Shown here: positions 1-11,578 of the stretch, piece by piece
How positions within the stretch are numbered: position 1 is the first letter of the stretch
Layout of the letters: each line of letters begins with the position of its first letter
DNA from: Octopus vulgaris
Lineage: Eukaryota
Length of the DNA stretch: 64,000 nt
Direction: 5' to 3'
NCBI GenBank assembly: GCA_951406725.2
Contig: OX597818.1
Location: forward strand, 73,470,001-73,534,000
Notes under the pieces: generated by a model
What the model was told of the DNA's origin: nothing
Databases searched by the model: none
The model's input: the letters and a program-made list of their open reading frames with translations, nothing else
Translations under genes and position numbers: made by a program

Positions 1-276
1 AATCTAAATGCATTCTAAGCAAATGTCTTAGTACATACAAAAGATCTAAGGAAACGTTCTTAGATATATGAAACAGAAGTTGTATGTATAATATTCTTAG
101 TGTTTGTGCTTCTATCACGTTATCCTGAAAAAATGCGATACGTGTTAGATTTGACATAATAGTTTATTAAATATTTGTCACTAGGTTAAAGAGAAAACAT
201 CATACTGGAGTTATAACTCAGCAGAAATATATTTTCTCTCTTCACTCTCAAAAAAAACCCAACAACATTGTAATTT

Positions 277-330
<54 letters not shown>

Positions 331-630
331 ACACTCGCTCACTCACACACACGCGCACACATATGTGCAGGAGTTTGCATGTAAGAATGTATTTACATAG
401 TGGGAGATGAAAATGTTTAAACACATATGTATATGTATGCGTGTGTTTGTGTTGGTGTTAGGCATTTTTTCACATATACAGCATGATTAAAATTCGAGTG
501 AAATATTTTAGTCTTTTGATGTTGAAATTTGACAAATGGCTCTTTCATAAAATAGTTCATTCGGAATTTGTATACATGTGAGACAGATAGCGAGAAGAAT
601 GTTTCAATACATACACAGAGATATATGTGC

Positions 631-697
<67 letters not shown>

Positions 698-757
698 GTG
701 TGTGTGTGTGCGTGCGCATACAATTATATGAATATATTCATGTACATATGTGTGTAC

Positions 758-804
<47 letters not shown>

Positions 805-807
805 TAT

Positions 808-879
<72 letters not shown>

Positions 880-881
<2 letters not shown>

Positions 882-1260
882 AATCTTGTATAGCAGCCTG
901 CGCTCTTTAAACCTGATAATTTTGTATCCTTCTTTAATACCGGTTTCCATATTCTACTGATATCTGAAATAGCTCTGCTTACGAAGTTATTGTGTCCTAG
1001 CATATGTCTGCATCTTTTAGTTTTCGTATTTTCCAGGGGTGTTCTCTGTCTATTATTTTAACTTCATCCCACAGAGGCCGGTGGTGTCCGTTTTTCCGTA
1101 AATGATCAGCCATACCCGATATTTCAACATCTCGTGTCACAACTTTACGATGTTCCTGTACCCTTATTTTGAGTAGGTGGTATGTTTCGCCTTTGTATAA
1201 CCTACCACAACTGCATGGGATGGAGTACATGCAATCTTTGGTTATACTTCCATCTATTAA
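880..1260 (-). mobile_element. Penelope-like element GIY-YIG endonuclease remnant (frameshifted)
   Basis: ORF 997..1404 contains CMYSIPCSCGRLYKGETYHLLKIRVQEHRK...SGMADHL...[21 protein letters not shown], matching the PLE pattern VY.IPC.CG..YIGET.R.L..R..EH. It continues in another frame as [19 protein letters not shown]. Confidence 0.85.
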
Positions 1261-1269
1261 AAATTCTAC

Positions 1270-1455
1270 CAGGAAGCCTGATGGAAGCCTGAGACTGGAC
1301 AGTAAATCAGCCGAAACGTTGTGGTGACAATAAATAAGATGAGGACACATATCCGTCCAATGTAAATAATGAAAATAATGAACAGAACTCCTCATCTCTA
1401 ACATATATATATAGTTCTATATTTTAGAGATGAGGAGGTCTGTACATTATTTACA
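1270..1455 (+). repeat. PLE pseudo-LTR-like repeat with degenerate hammerhead core and short terminal inversion
   Basis: CTGATGG...GCCGAAACGTTG core. Related to 11320-11430 on the opposite strand. The arms aacagaactcctcatctcta / tagagatgaggaggtctgt are inverted around a short TA-rich spacer. Confidence 0.55.
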
Positions 1456-1499
1456 TATATATATATATATACCGTGAAATATATTTGCCACTTAAATGT

Positions 1500-1690
1500 C
1501 GCTAACCCTTAAGGGTTGATGCTACTGTAGCTTGTAGCCCCTGTAGGATATCTCTTCCACCTGACTATTGACACACTTTCTGTGCTCTGTCAGTATTTGC
1601 AAAGGGAAGTCATCCTTCCTATCTCCAGCCTGATACACATGGACTCGGGTTTCTGATTATTGACCCGTCATCAGCGTGTGACAACCACCG
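1500..1690 (-). repeat. Old diverged relative of the 361-bp hammerhead repeat unit
   Basis: Collinear blocks shared with the 2175 unit (tgctactgtagcttgtagcccc vs tgttactgttgcatttagcccc; ttgacac; tgcaaaggga), followed by a minus-strand HHR motif at 1636-1680. Confidence 0.5.
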
Positions 1691-2348
1691 TTTGGCGATG
1701 TGAAGAGGTTCCCAACTGAAATATAAATACCCGATATGTATTTTTGGGTTTGGGTGCGCTCGCTGACACATCGATTGTTTTCCTCTGCCGTAAGGCTTTA
1801 ATTCCTAACACGCCAGCTGAATTGAATTCGTCTCCAGTCGAAAGGCGCCTGTTGTGATGTCCTGTTATTATTATTATTATTGTTGTTTTTGTTTATCATT
1901 TTTGTATTTATATTCGCGTAACATCGTCTGTTTTCCGTCTTTGTTTTGTATACATTCGAAGCTTTTTTCCAAGGAATCTAATGCTCTTAGCTTAGTTTTT
2001 CCTTGGGGCTTGCCAGATTGGAGCAATCTCAAGAATAATCAACCGAAATTGCAAGGATGATCCGGTTCTTGACTGAAGATTAAAGGCTTCGAATGACCCG
2101 TCCGTGTTTTTGTATCGTCTTCTGGATGGTTTGCGTTCTTGTCCCATTTTGTATATATATATATATATATATATATAACATAAGGGACTAAAGCCATCTG
2201 AATACGGCTAGGGACAGGGCAGGGTGGTGGGGGGTGTTACTGTTGCATTTAGCCCCAGGCGAACATCGACCTCGCCAGATAGGCTTGACACCATCACGGT
2301 GTCCTTTAACCTGCAAAGGGAGATAATTCCCCGATGAAGCGGAAACCA

Positions 2349-2394
2349 CACACGGACCATGGTTTCAAGGTGTATTGCCTATCATCAACGTGTG
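2349..2394 (-). ncRNA. Minimal type I hammerhead ribozyme, copy 1
   Basis: Reverse complement reads cacacg-TTGATGA-tagg caataca cctt-GAAA-ccatgg-TC-cgtgtg. Confidence 0.72.
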
Positions 2395-2709
2395 GTAGGC
2401 CCCCGCTTCCTCGACGAAATCTCACTCTGCAGGATAATCATATATAGATTTTCAAGCAAAATACATTTGCTGATTTCGAAAATCTGTTCGACAGCAATAA
2501 TAATTCTCTAAATGAGATATAGACAGTAACTGCTCGATAACATAAGGGACTAAAGCCATCTGAATACGGCTAGGGACAGGGAAGGGTGGTGGGGGTGTTA
2601 CTGTTGCATTTAGCCCCAGGCGAACATCGACGTCGCTAGATAGGCTTGACACCATCATGGTGTCCTTTAACCTGCAAAGGGAGATAATTCCCTGATGAAG
2701 CGGAAACCA

Positions 2710-2755
2710 CACACGGACCATGGTTTCAAGGTGTATTGCCTATCATCAACGTGTG
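2710..2755 (-). ncRNA. Minimal type I hammerhead ribozyme, copy 2
   Basis: Same motif as 2349-2394, 361 bp downstream. Confidence 0.72.
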
Positions 2756-3070
2756 GTAGGACCCCGCTTCCTCGACGGAATCTCACTCTGCAGGATATTC
2801 ATATATAGATTTTCAAGCAAAATACATTTGCTGATTTCCAAAATCTGTTCGACAGCAATAATAATTCTCTAAATGAGATATAGACAGTAACTCCTCGATA
2901 ACATAAGGGACTAAAGCCATCTGAATACGGCTAGGGACAGGGCAGGGTGGTGGGGGTGTTACTGTTGCATTTAGCCCCAGGCGAACATCGACGTCACCAG
3001 ATAGGCTTGACACCATCACGGTGTCCTTTAACCTGCAAAGGGAGATAATTCCCCGATGAAGCGGAAACCA

Positions 3071-3116
3071 CACACGGACCATGGTTTCAAGGTGTATTGC
3101 CTATCATCAACGTGTG
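3071..3116 (-). ncRNA. Minimal type I hammerhead ribozyme, copy 3
   Basis: Same motif. The inversion breakpoint lies immediately after its stem I. Confidence 0.72.
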
Positions 3117-3386
3117 GACACCGTGATGGTGTCAAGCCTATCTGGCGACGTCGATGTTCGCCTGGGGCTAAATGCAACAGTAACACCCCCACCACCCTTC
3201 CCTGTCCCTAGCCGTATTCAGATGGCTTTAGTCCCTTATGTTATCGAGCAGTTACTGTCTATATCTCATTTAGAGAATTATTATTGCTGTCGAACAGATT
3301 TTCGAAATCAGCAAATGTATTTTGCTTGAAAATCTATATATGAATATCCTGCAGAGTGAGATTTCGTCGAGGAAGCGGGGGCCTAC

Positions 3387-3432
3387 CACACGTTGATGAT
3401 AGGCAATACACCTTGAAACCATGGTCCGTGTG
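3387..3432 (+). ncRNA. Minimal type I hammerhead ribozyme, copy 4 (inverted block)
   Basis: Stem I cacacg/cgtgtg; core TTGATGA (C3U); stem II agg/cct; GAAA; palindromic stem III ACCATGGT; GUC cleavage triplet ending at 3426. Confidence 0.75.
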
Positions 3433-4015
3433 TGGTTTCCGCTTCATCGGGGAATTATCTCCCTTTGCAGGTTAAAGGACACCGGGGCTAAATGCAACAG
3501 TAACACCCCCACCACCCTGCCCTGTCCCTAGCCGTATTCAGATGGCTTTAGTCCCTTATGTTATCGAGCAGTTACTGTCTATATCTCATTTAGAGAATTA
3601 TTATTGCTATATATATATATATAGAAATAATGTTCTCCACAGAAATTTCAGGTTTAACTTGGGATCGTTATGTTAGTGTCTCGCAATGAATCAGCAGAAG
3701 TTGTGAAATCTCACTTCTACAGAAAGATTTCTTTATCACGTCGGTCATCCAAAATTTACCCTGATTATATGCACGTGTTTCCCGCGTGCTTTGTATATTA
3801 TAACGAGCAACAGAAGGAGAGAGATACAGAGAGAGAGAGAAAGAGAAAGAGTATGATTTAAATTTATTACCGTGGCTGTAATTAAAAGTCGTTGTATATA
3901 CCTGAAATAATTGTCCAAATTTAATTTTGTTAGAACCTACAAGTGCTTACAACGCAGGTCATGGAAGGCAATGAAATGGTGGAGATTTTGTAATAAAATA
4001 CTTAATTACCTCCTT

Positions 4016-4407
4016 GGCGCAGGAGTGGCTGTGTGGTAAGTAGCTTGCTTTCCAGTTACATACTTCCGAGTTTAGCCCCACTGCGAAGCATCTTGGGCAA
4101 GAATCTTCAATTATAGCCTTGGGCCGACAAAAGCCTTTTGGGTGGATCCGGAAGACGGAAACTGGAAGAAGCCAATCGTATATATATATATGTATGTGTA
4201 TGTGTGTGTGATTGTGCATCTGTGTTGTCCATCGCTTGAAAACCTATGTTGGTGCCGTTAGGTCCCCAGAACTTAGTGGTTAGGCAAAAGGGACCGATAG
4301 AATAAGTACTAGGCTTAGAAAGAATAAGTCTTGAGGTCGATTTGCTCGACTAGAGGTGGTGCTACAGCTTGGCCGTAATCGAAGTGACTGAAACAAATAA
4401 AAGAATA
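4016..4407 (+). mobile_element. tRNA-derived SINE, family A (internal TA/TG tract)
   Basis: Head ggcgcaggagtggctgtgtggtaag with a B-box-like motif. Homologous to 37768-38182, 33419-33804 and 53598-54008. Confidence 0.85.
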
Positions 4408-4767
4408 ATCCCCCTATATATTGTTCCCCTTGCTGATGTTATTGATATTACTGGCAGTACAATATAATAACAAAGGTAAGTATTGAGAGTTATACACTCA
4501 ATCGATATTTGACCTCTTTCTTGTTTACTGACACATCTCATTATTAATGAAACGTTTGTCAGATGCAGCTAATATTTTTTGTGGAGGAGCTAACTTCCCT
4601 GAATTATTCTGCTTTCCGTATATATATATATATGTGTGTGTGTGTGCGTGTGTGTGATGCGTGCGTGTGTGTGCGTGTGTGTGTGTATGCATATAGATAC
4701 AGGGAGAAAGAGAGAGACTGAAAGCGAAGGAGAAACATAAGATCTACATACACACCTAGCTCTCTCT

Positions 4768-4893
<126 letters not shown>

Positions 4894-5046
4894 CCTGCTA
4901 GCTTAGCCAGCGGGGTGGCATCATTCGAAGGCTAAAACAATGCGAACGCATTGTGACCAGCGATGTGTAGCAACATCTGATGGTCTGGTCGGTCACATGA
5001 TGATGATGATGATGATGATGATGATATATATATATATATATACATT

Positions 5047-5124
<78 letters not shown>

Positions 5125-5131
5125 ATATATT

Positions 5132-5245
5132 GGCGCAGAAATGGCTGTGTGGTAAGAAGATTGTGCAGCACCTTGATATGTGCCTTCTCCGGCCGACCAT
5201 AGTCTTGTGTGTGGATTTGATAGACGGAGGATGAAAGAATAGTGT
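5132..5245 (+). mobile_element. SINE family A, internally deleted 5' part
   Basis: ggcgcagaaatggctgtgtggtaagaag...gtggatttgatagacgga. Confidence 0.7.
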
Positions 5246-5365
5246 CGTGGCGTTTTTCGACTAGACACTCGGTGATATTTCCATATAATATTGCACACTT
5301 GTTTAGTAGATATTGCATTTATTATTTCAACAGTCCTAATCACTCTTTTCCAAAGAGTCATTATG

Positions 5366-5407
<42 letters not shown>

Positions 5408-5455
5408 CATTAATAATTGGTAGAACTTACGTGTGCATAGCTTGGTAGCTAACTT

Positions 5456-5518
<63 letters not shown>

Positions 5519-5749
5519 GGAAGTATACACACACACTCACAAAAGTCTGGTGCCGTGACGTTTCTTTTCTTTTTTCAAACATACCCAAATTTAAAATGAT
5601 CTAATATAACGATATCATTCATTCGGCATGAGTTGAAATATATCAAAACAATTTAATTCCACACAAATATATGATCCTTTACATATTATTTCTATGTTAA
5701 TTCTAGTTACTGTAACTTGCTAAAAAGCATATTTTGCTTTAAAGTAGTA

Positions 5750-6850
5750 TCTCCTTGTAGACATAATTGTCAGTAATCATACTGTTTCCATTTCTCTTAA
5801 CCAATAATTTTTACATTAGCCATATTCCGAACTATAGATAATGCAACATACATTTGACCACATGAGAAGAATTGTGTCGGAATATACATTCCAATTTGTT
5901 GAAAGGTCTGTCTCTTTGCCTTTTTGCATCTCAAGGCAAAATCTGCTTTGAGAGGAAATTGTTGGCGTGTAAAAGGATATATAAATTCTATTTCTTGAGG
6001 CACATGTGGTATTCATGGAATTAGCAGAGTTGACCTGCGTAAGGACCATAAGCAAACTCATCCTCAATAACATGATCATGTAAATGACAATGATGTAGTG
6101 TGTGTCATTACAATGTCCATTAGTAGCATCTAAATTTCTCAGAAGCAATATGCATCATTTTCTCTTTAGTTTGAGAATGTGTGGTGGAAACCCTGATGGT
6201 GTAAAGTTTGTTGATGAACTCGACTGAGTACAGAGTTTCCTTATCAACTGTATCTGAGCCTCGGTATATTTTTAGCTCACCAGTGATCCTGGTCAACAGA
6301 AAATCATTCACAAATTGGGCTGTTTCATTTGTTGGTGTATATGGTGCTTCTGTTTGCAAGACACGGTTTTTGTGAAAATATTTTTGAGGTCTGCAAATTA
6401 TAAAATCACATAGGTCAGAAAGAGTACCACTGTCAAGTCAATGGTCATTGGATAGTTTGATTTTGAATTCCCCTGAGCTTTGTTCAACATAAATATTACC
6501 ATTTCCTACATCAAGAAGGTAATTAGCAAAGTTTCTTTCATCAGCATGAACTTCTGTAAGAAGTCTTAGATCGGTTGTCAATTCCACTGATTCCACATGA
6601 TCGCAACGTAAAGATCTCTTTACGGTTACATCAACAATTTGTGATCTGACACCATTAATTTGAAGTAGAATATTCTCCTCTCGAGATACCTTAACCACTT
6701 GGTCATGTGTAACAGAAAGATAATCATGTCTTCGCCTCCGTGCATATTAAGGCATCTGTTTCGGTCGCTTTGCCCTGGTTTCATCTGATTCAGTTGCCCG
6801 TGTTTTTCTCTGCCATTGTGCCTTTACTGCTAAATTTTCGTTTTCAGTCG
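5750..6850 (-). mobile_element. Helitron RepHel remnant (PIF1-like helicase C-terminus, frameshifted)
   Basis: Fragments FANYLLDVGNG, TPTNE, YRGSDTVD..LYSVEFIN, MLLRNLDATNGHCN, FTRQQFPL.ADFA, FSCGQMYVALSIV correspond to PIF1 helicase motifs. Confidence 0.9.
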
Positions 6851-7388
6851 CATATTATATATAAATGAAAGATCGTTAAAACTATATTATTTAGCGTGCT
6901 GGAAACAGCAGCGATCACATAGTTATTATTGTAAGGCTTGTAGAGTTCCAAGTAGTCATACCAACAAAATCACTTTTTCATTAAAAAGAAAGAAAATTAT
7001 ATCGATATATTAAAAAAAAATCTTCATTTTATCAAAATATATTCATTTAACAAACTCCGGAAACTGATAATATTCATGAAATTGTGCCTCGTACCAAAGT
7101 TATATAGCTATTTTTAAGTTGTCATTAATGAAAATAGAGGTGAGCGAGAATGCGAGGCTGTTGCAAATGAAAACGTTAAAGCATTAAAATCTACTCCGCA
7201 CTGAATGCAAGGAATATTTAAATTCATGAACTGAATGCAGTGAATGCAATGAATATTTACATTTGCGAGAATTTAGAATTTTAAAAAATCATTAAACTTC
7301 AGAAATCGAAATTATACGCAGTTTCTTAGAACATGAATTAATAAAAATATTTCCAGATGGTCAAGCTTTTAATATCGCTTTCTTTTAA

Positions 7389-7725
7389 GGCGCGAGCTGG
7401 CAGAAATGTTAGCACGCCGGGCGAAATGCCTAGCGGTATTTCGTCTGTCGCTACGTTCTGAGTTCAAATTCCGCCGAGGGGTCGATTAAATAAGTACCAG
7501 TTACGCACTGTGGTCGATATAATCGACTTAAACCGTTTGTCTGTCCTTGTTTGCCCACTCTGTGTTTAGCCCCTTGTGGGTAGTAAAGAAATAGAAATAG
7601 GTATTTCGTCTGTCTTTACGTTATGAGTTCAAAGTCCACCGAGGTCGACTTCGCCTTTTTGGGTAGATAAATTTAGTACCAGAAGCGTACTGGGGTCGAA
7701 CTCTTGTGCCTAGAGTAGAAGAGAA
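7389..7725 (+). mobile_element. SINE family B (Nin/Deu-domain-like), one near-full copy plus one partial copy
   Basis: ggcgcgagctggcagaaa head, gagttcaaat B box, gtcgattaaataagtaccag core. Homologous to 13211-13440. Confidence 0.8.
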
Positions 7726-7809
7726 TATTGGTTACTTTTAGTAATTATTACATACATAATTAATAAGTAGCTTTCTCCATTATAGTACATGTATATATAT
7801 ATATATATA

Positions 7810-8292
7810 ATCAAAAGAAGCAGCAAGAATATCCAGAGGCAATGCTGTACGGCAGTTTCATGCGACTCCATTTAATTGAACAATGTAAACCTTACATCAA
7901 TTTAAAATGTAGAGCAATGTTCAGCTGCATAAAAATATAGAATTTTGTTAAATTCGAAGGACTCATGTGTATAATTTTTTTTTATCCCAAATCACCAAGA
8001 GGATAAATAGATAGACAAATTTAACTACATTCTACATTTTTATGTAGCTGAAGATTGGTCTACATTTCAAATTGAAGTAATGTTTACATTGTTCAATTAA
8101 ATGGAGTTGTTCAATTAAATGGAGTTGCACGAAACGATCGTACTGCATTACCTCTGGATATCTTTGTTGCTTCTATTGATTATAATCACCTTATATTAAA
8201 TTATATTGATATTACCATACTAAATTCTGGTACCTTCAACTTAAGAACCATATTCATCTGAATCTAAATTTTACTGAACTTTATATATATAC

Positions 8293-8360
<68 letters not shown>

Positions 8361-8445
8361 TTCAGTAAAATTTAGATTCAGTTGACTATGGTACTTAAGT
8401 TAAAGGCACCAGCATTTAGTATAGCATTATCCATATAATTCAAAA
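7810..8445. repeat. Paired inverted repeats of an HHR-bearing pLTR-like family
   Basis: 7810-7945 is inverted relative to 8025-8182. 8198-8282 is inverted relative to 8357-8440 across a (TA)n tract. Confidence 0.8.
8042..8148 (+). ncRNA. Type I hammerhead ribozyme motif with long stem II
   Basis: atgtag-CTGAAGA-...-GAAA-cgatcg-TA-ctgcat; stem III palindrome ACGATCGT. Confidence 0.65.
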
Positions 8446-8488
8446 TGGGATATCCATTTTGGTATAACCTCTGGATATCCATGATGCT

Positions 8489-8722
<234 letters not shown>

Positions 8723-9344
8723 ATGGAGGAAGCTGCTTATTAATTAGATATGTACCAATTGCTAAAAGTACTAAAAGAAAGCAATATTAAAAGCTTAACC
8801 TTCTGCTGCAAATATTTTTATAAATTCATCTTCTAAGAAATTGATTGACACAGAAGAAGTTGGTGTTTGCGTCACCCAGAAACTAACAGTTCAGTCACCG
8901 ATAGAATATGTACTGGGCTACAATGTCCCGGGGGTCAATCTGCTCGGCTAAAAGCGGTGTGAAACAAGTAAACGACTAAAAGAATATATATCTATATATT
9001 TATCTATAAAAGAAGTGGTTTGACGGGCTCACTACTGAAAATTATGCTAATAAACAAAATATACTGAATGAAATAATATGATTTTCCTTAATAAAATGAA
9101 ACAGTTTTATAAACACGCGCACACAAGCTAGCACACACAAACACACACACACATGCAAACACACAAACACCCCTTCCCCCCCATATATATATATGAGTGG
9201 GATGTTTGGAAGATTGAGATTAATTTCTAACTGATTTCCCTCGAGTCAAGCACGACACATTAGTCACTCTATGCAGCTGCAGAACGGGCAAGCTACTATG
9301 TGCGTAAGTGAATGAGTGCTCGGTATCTATCTATCCATCCATCC

Positions 9345-9415
<71 letters not shown>

Positions 9416-9476
9416 CCCTCTCTCACTATCTATCTATATATCTATCTATCTATATATCTATCTATCTGTCTATCTA

Positions 9477-9518
<42 letters not shown>

Positions 9519-9688
9519 GAGAGAGAGAGAGAGAGAAGTTCAGAGAGGGGTTGGAACACAGACATACAGTGAGAAGGATAGATCTGGTAATGTGAATAGG
9601 AAAACAGAATCCAAAACTGTTATGCTTGTTGCTTATTGAAACATACATTTACATCGCACAAAGACAGACACACACACATGTCTGTGTG

Positions 9689-9735
<47 letters not shown>

Positions 9736-9840
9736 GTCTGTGTGTCTGTGTGTGTATATATATATATATATGATTTAAATTATATACGAGAATACATATA
9801 TAAATATTTTTATTATATACATGTAGCTATCTATCTATCT

Positions 9841-9894
<54 letters not shown>

Positions 9895-9926
9895 TTGAAT
9901 CTAACTCCCCGTGTATCTAACCGTCT

Positions 9927-9960
<34 letters not shown>

Positions 9961-10273
9961 ACACACACACTAACACACACACACACACATACACACATAT
10001 ATATGTTTACTTTCAGAAGTTTTTACTTTCCAACTAATATCTTATTTACATATCTTTCAGTGTCATAGCTATTGGTATAATTTTCAAATCCCCCAACTGA
10101 ATAATAAAATGACTGTGTGTCGCCTACGTAGAACTCATAGATGAATTTAATAGAATATTGATTATAATGTTTAAAAAATATTTTAAATAACATGATTAGT
10201 TTTTCCCTTAATTGTACATGGTTAATGACCTTTGCCCCATTTTAGCATTTTTTTTTGCATTAGATTAACCAAT

Positions 10274-11097
10274 GCGCGGTTGTATCAAAGATTTCCTGGA
10301 CTATTCATGTTTAATGAAAAAAATAACTTATTTACCCGAAATTTAACATAGTGTATATCGAAATAGTCACATTGTGCAACAATACAATGGTCCTAAATCC
10401 GGTCTGAATATTGTTTTTCGTGAGTAGAGGTCATTTTGCAATTCGCTCTGGATCTCCGCAACGGTGTTAAATTGGTGACCGTTGAGTAACATTTTCCTTT
10501 TGGGGAAGAGATAGATGTCCGTAGGTTTAAATTTGACGAATGGGGCGTGTACAAAGCGATACCATATAGTTTTGGCGTGAAGCTCACGAGTGAGTAGAGT
10601 TCGGTGATAGTGTAAACAGTCGTTGTGAAGATGCGGTTACTTTCACCCAATGTCCTTTCTCAAACGCTTCAAAACGTCACAATAGAAATCTCGATTGAGT
10701 GTCTGGACCTCGAGGATGATTTCTCGATGCACAATTTCGCGGATATAAAACACTTTGATGAGTATGCTCTTCACTAAGCTGTGGTTGTTGTGCACCCGTG
10801 CTACTCCTATCATTGCGTATAATCCATTGACTCCGCGTCGTAATCTTACTGAATCATGCTCCATGTCTCTGTCCAGACTCCAGTTTAACGCAAATTTTCA
10901 CATTGGGTTTTGTTCTAATTTCCTGTCCATGATAAAAATCGCAAACTACAAGATATATGTGACCACAAAAACACGAATTTTACAACTTGCAAAGTAAACA
11001 CAACGATGTCAAACGATGTCACTCAACACACTGCCTCATAAAGGTAACTGCTAGTTCTCATTGCGCTCTACAGAAATAGCCGAGGAACTTTTTGAGC
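10274..11097 (-). mobile_element. Internally deleted, degenerate mariner-like element
   Basis: Peptide IVHREIILEVQTLNRDFYCDVLKRLRKDI. The ends resemble the TIRs of the 35499-36800 element. Confidence 0.7.
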
Positions 11098-11379
11098 TGG
11101 GATGTTGTGTGTAAGACAGTTATGAGTTATGATTTAATTCATAGATCCGTCATGAACACTTCTATCGTTTGATATATTCTCTGTAAATTTATGTAGCGTA
11201 AATTATGCTATATGGTTCTCATTATGCTATATGGTTCAGAAATGATCAAGCTACAATCGTGGTCATTATAACTTTGGATATGGCACGTAATGTATATGGA
11301 ACTAGATTATGCAGAATAACATTTCTTTATTTACATTATTTATATTTAACGGATATTTGTCTTCATCGTATTTGTTGCT

Positions 11380-11423
11380 ACACAACGTTTCGGCTAACAT
11401 ACCTTCCAGGCTTCATCAAGTGT
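11380..11423 (-). ncRNA. Degenerate minimal hammerhead motif in pLTR-like repeat
   Basis: Reverse complement: acac-TTGATGA-agcctggaaggtatgttagcc-GAAA-cg-TT-gtgt. Confidence 0.5.
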
Positions 11424-11475
11424 CTTGGGAAAATTTCGAACTTGAGTTCTCATTCCTAAGGTATTTTCCGATATC

Positions 11476-11506
<31 letters not shown>

Positions 11507-11578
11507 TCACTGTTTGGAATCGAACTCAGAATCTTGTGGTTAGTAGCCCGCGCTCTTAACCACTACGCCATATGTCCG
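11476..11578 (-). mobile_element. Very short tRNA-derived SINE/tRNA pseudogene with (AAT)n tail
   Basis: Reverse complement GGCGTAGTGGTTAAGAGCGCGGGCTACTAACCACAAGATTCTGAGTTCGATTCC has A and B boxes and is followed within ~15 nt by (AAT)n. Confidence 0.7.

Larger units (their letters stand above)
2175..3607. mobile_element. Retrozyme-like tandem array (~361-bp units x~2.6, then an inverted block of ~490 bp) flanked by (TA)n
   Basis: The marker cataagggac recurs at 2179, 2541 and 2902. From ~3117 the sequence is the reverse complement of the same unit. Each unit carries a type I HHR motif. Confidence 0.85.

Noticed and set aside
417-1003. Many ORFs rich in YI/IY, HT, CV, LSIY, poly-M/I/L here and throughout the window
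   Set aside because: They are translations of TA, CA, GATA, GAT and AAT microsatellites, not genes.
2681-2793. Possible second hammerhead on the opposite strand (CTGATGAAG...), suggesting an ambisense viroid-like RNA
   Set aside because: CTGATGA occurs only in unit 2 (others have CCGATGA), unit 2 has GGAA instead of the distal GAAA, and no stem I can form. The pairing is just the mirror image of the real rod structure.
2452-3329. Repeated 82-89 aa ORFs (MVRVWFPLH...) in the tandem unit
   Set aside because: No recognisable domain. The ATG lies inside the HHR stem III, 5' of the predicted cleavage site, and recurrence is explained by the DNA repeat.
2175-3607. CRISPR-like array
   Set aside because: Whole units are repeated with no unique spacers, there are no cas genes, and the context is eukaryotic.
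11515-11575. Functional tRNA gene
   Set aside because: No convincing acceptor stem and an (AAT)n tail follows; better explained as a SINE or pseudogene.
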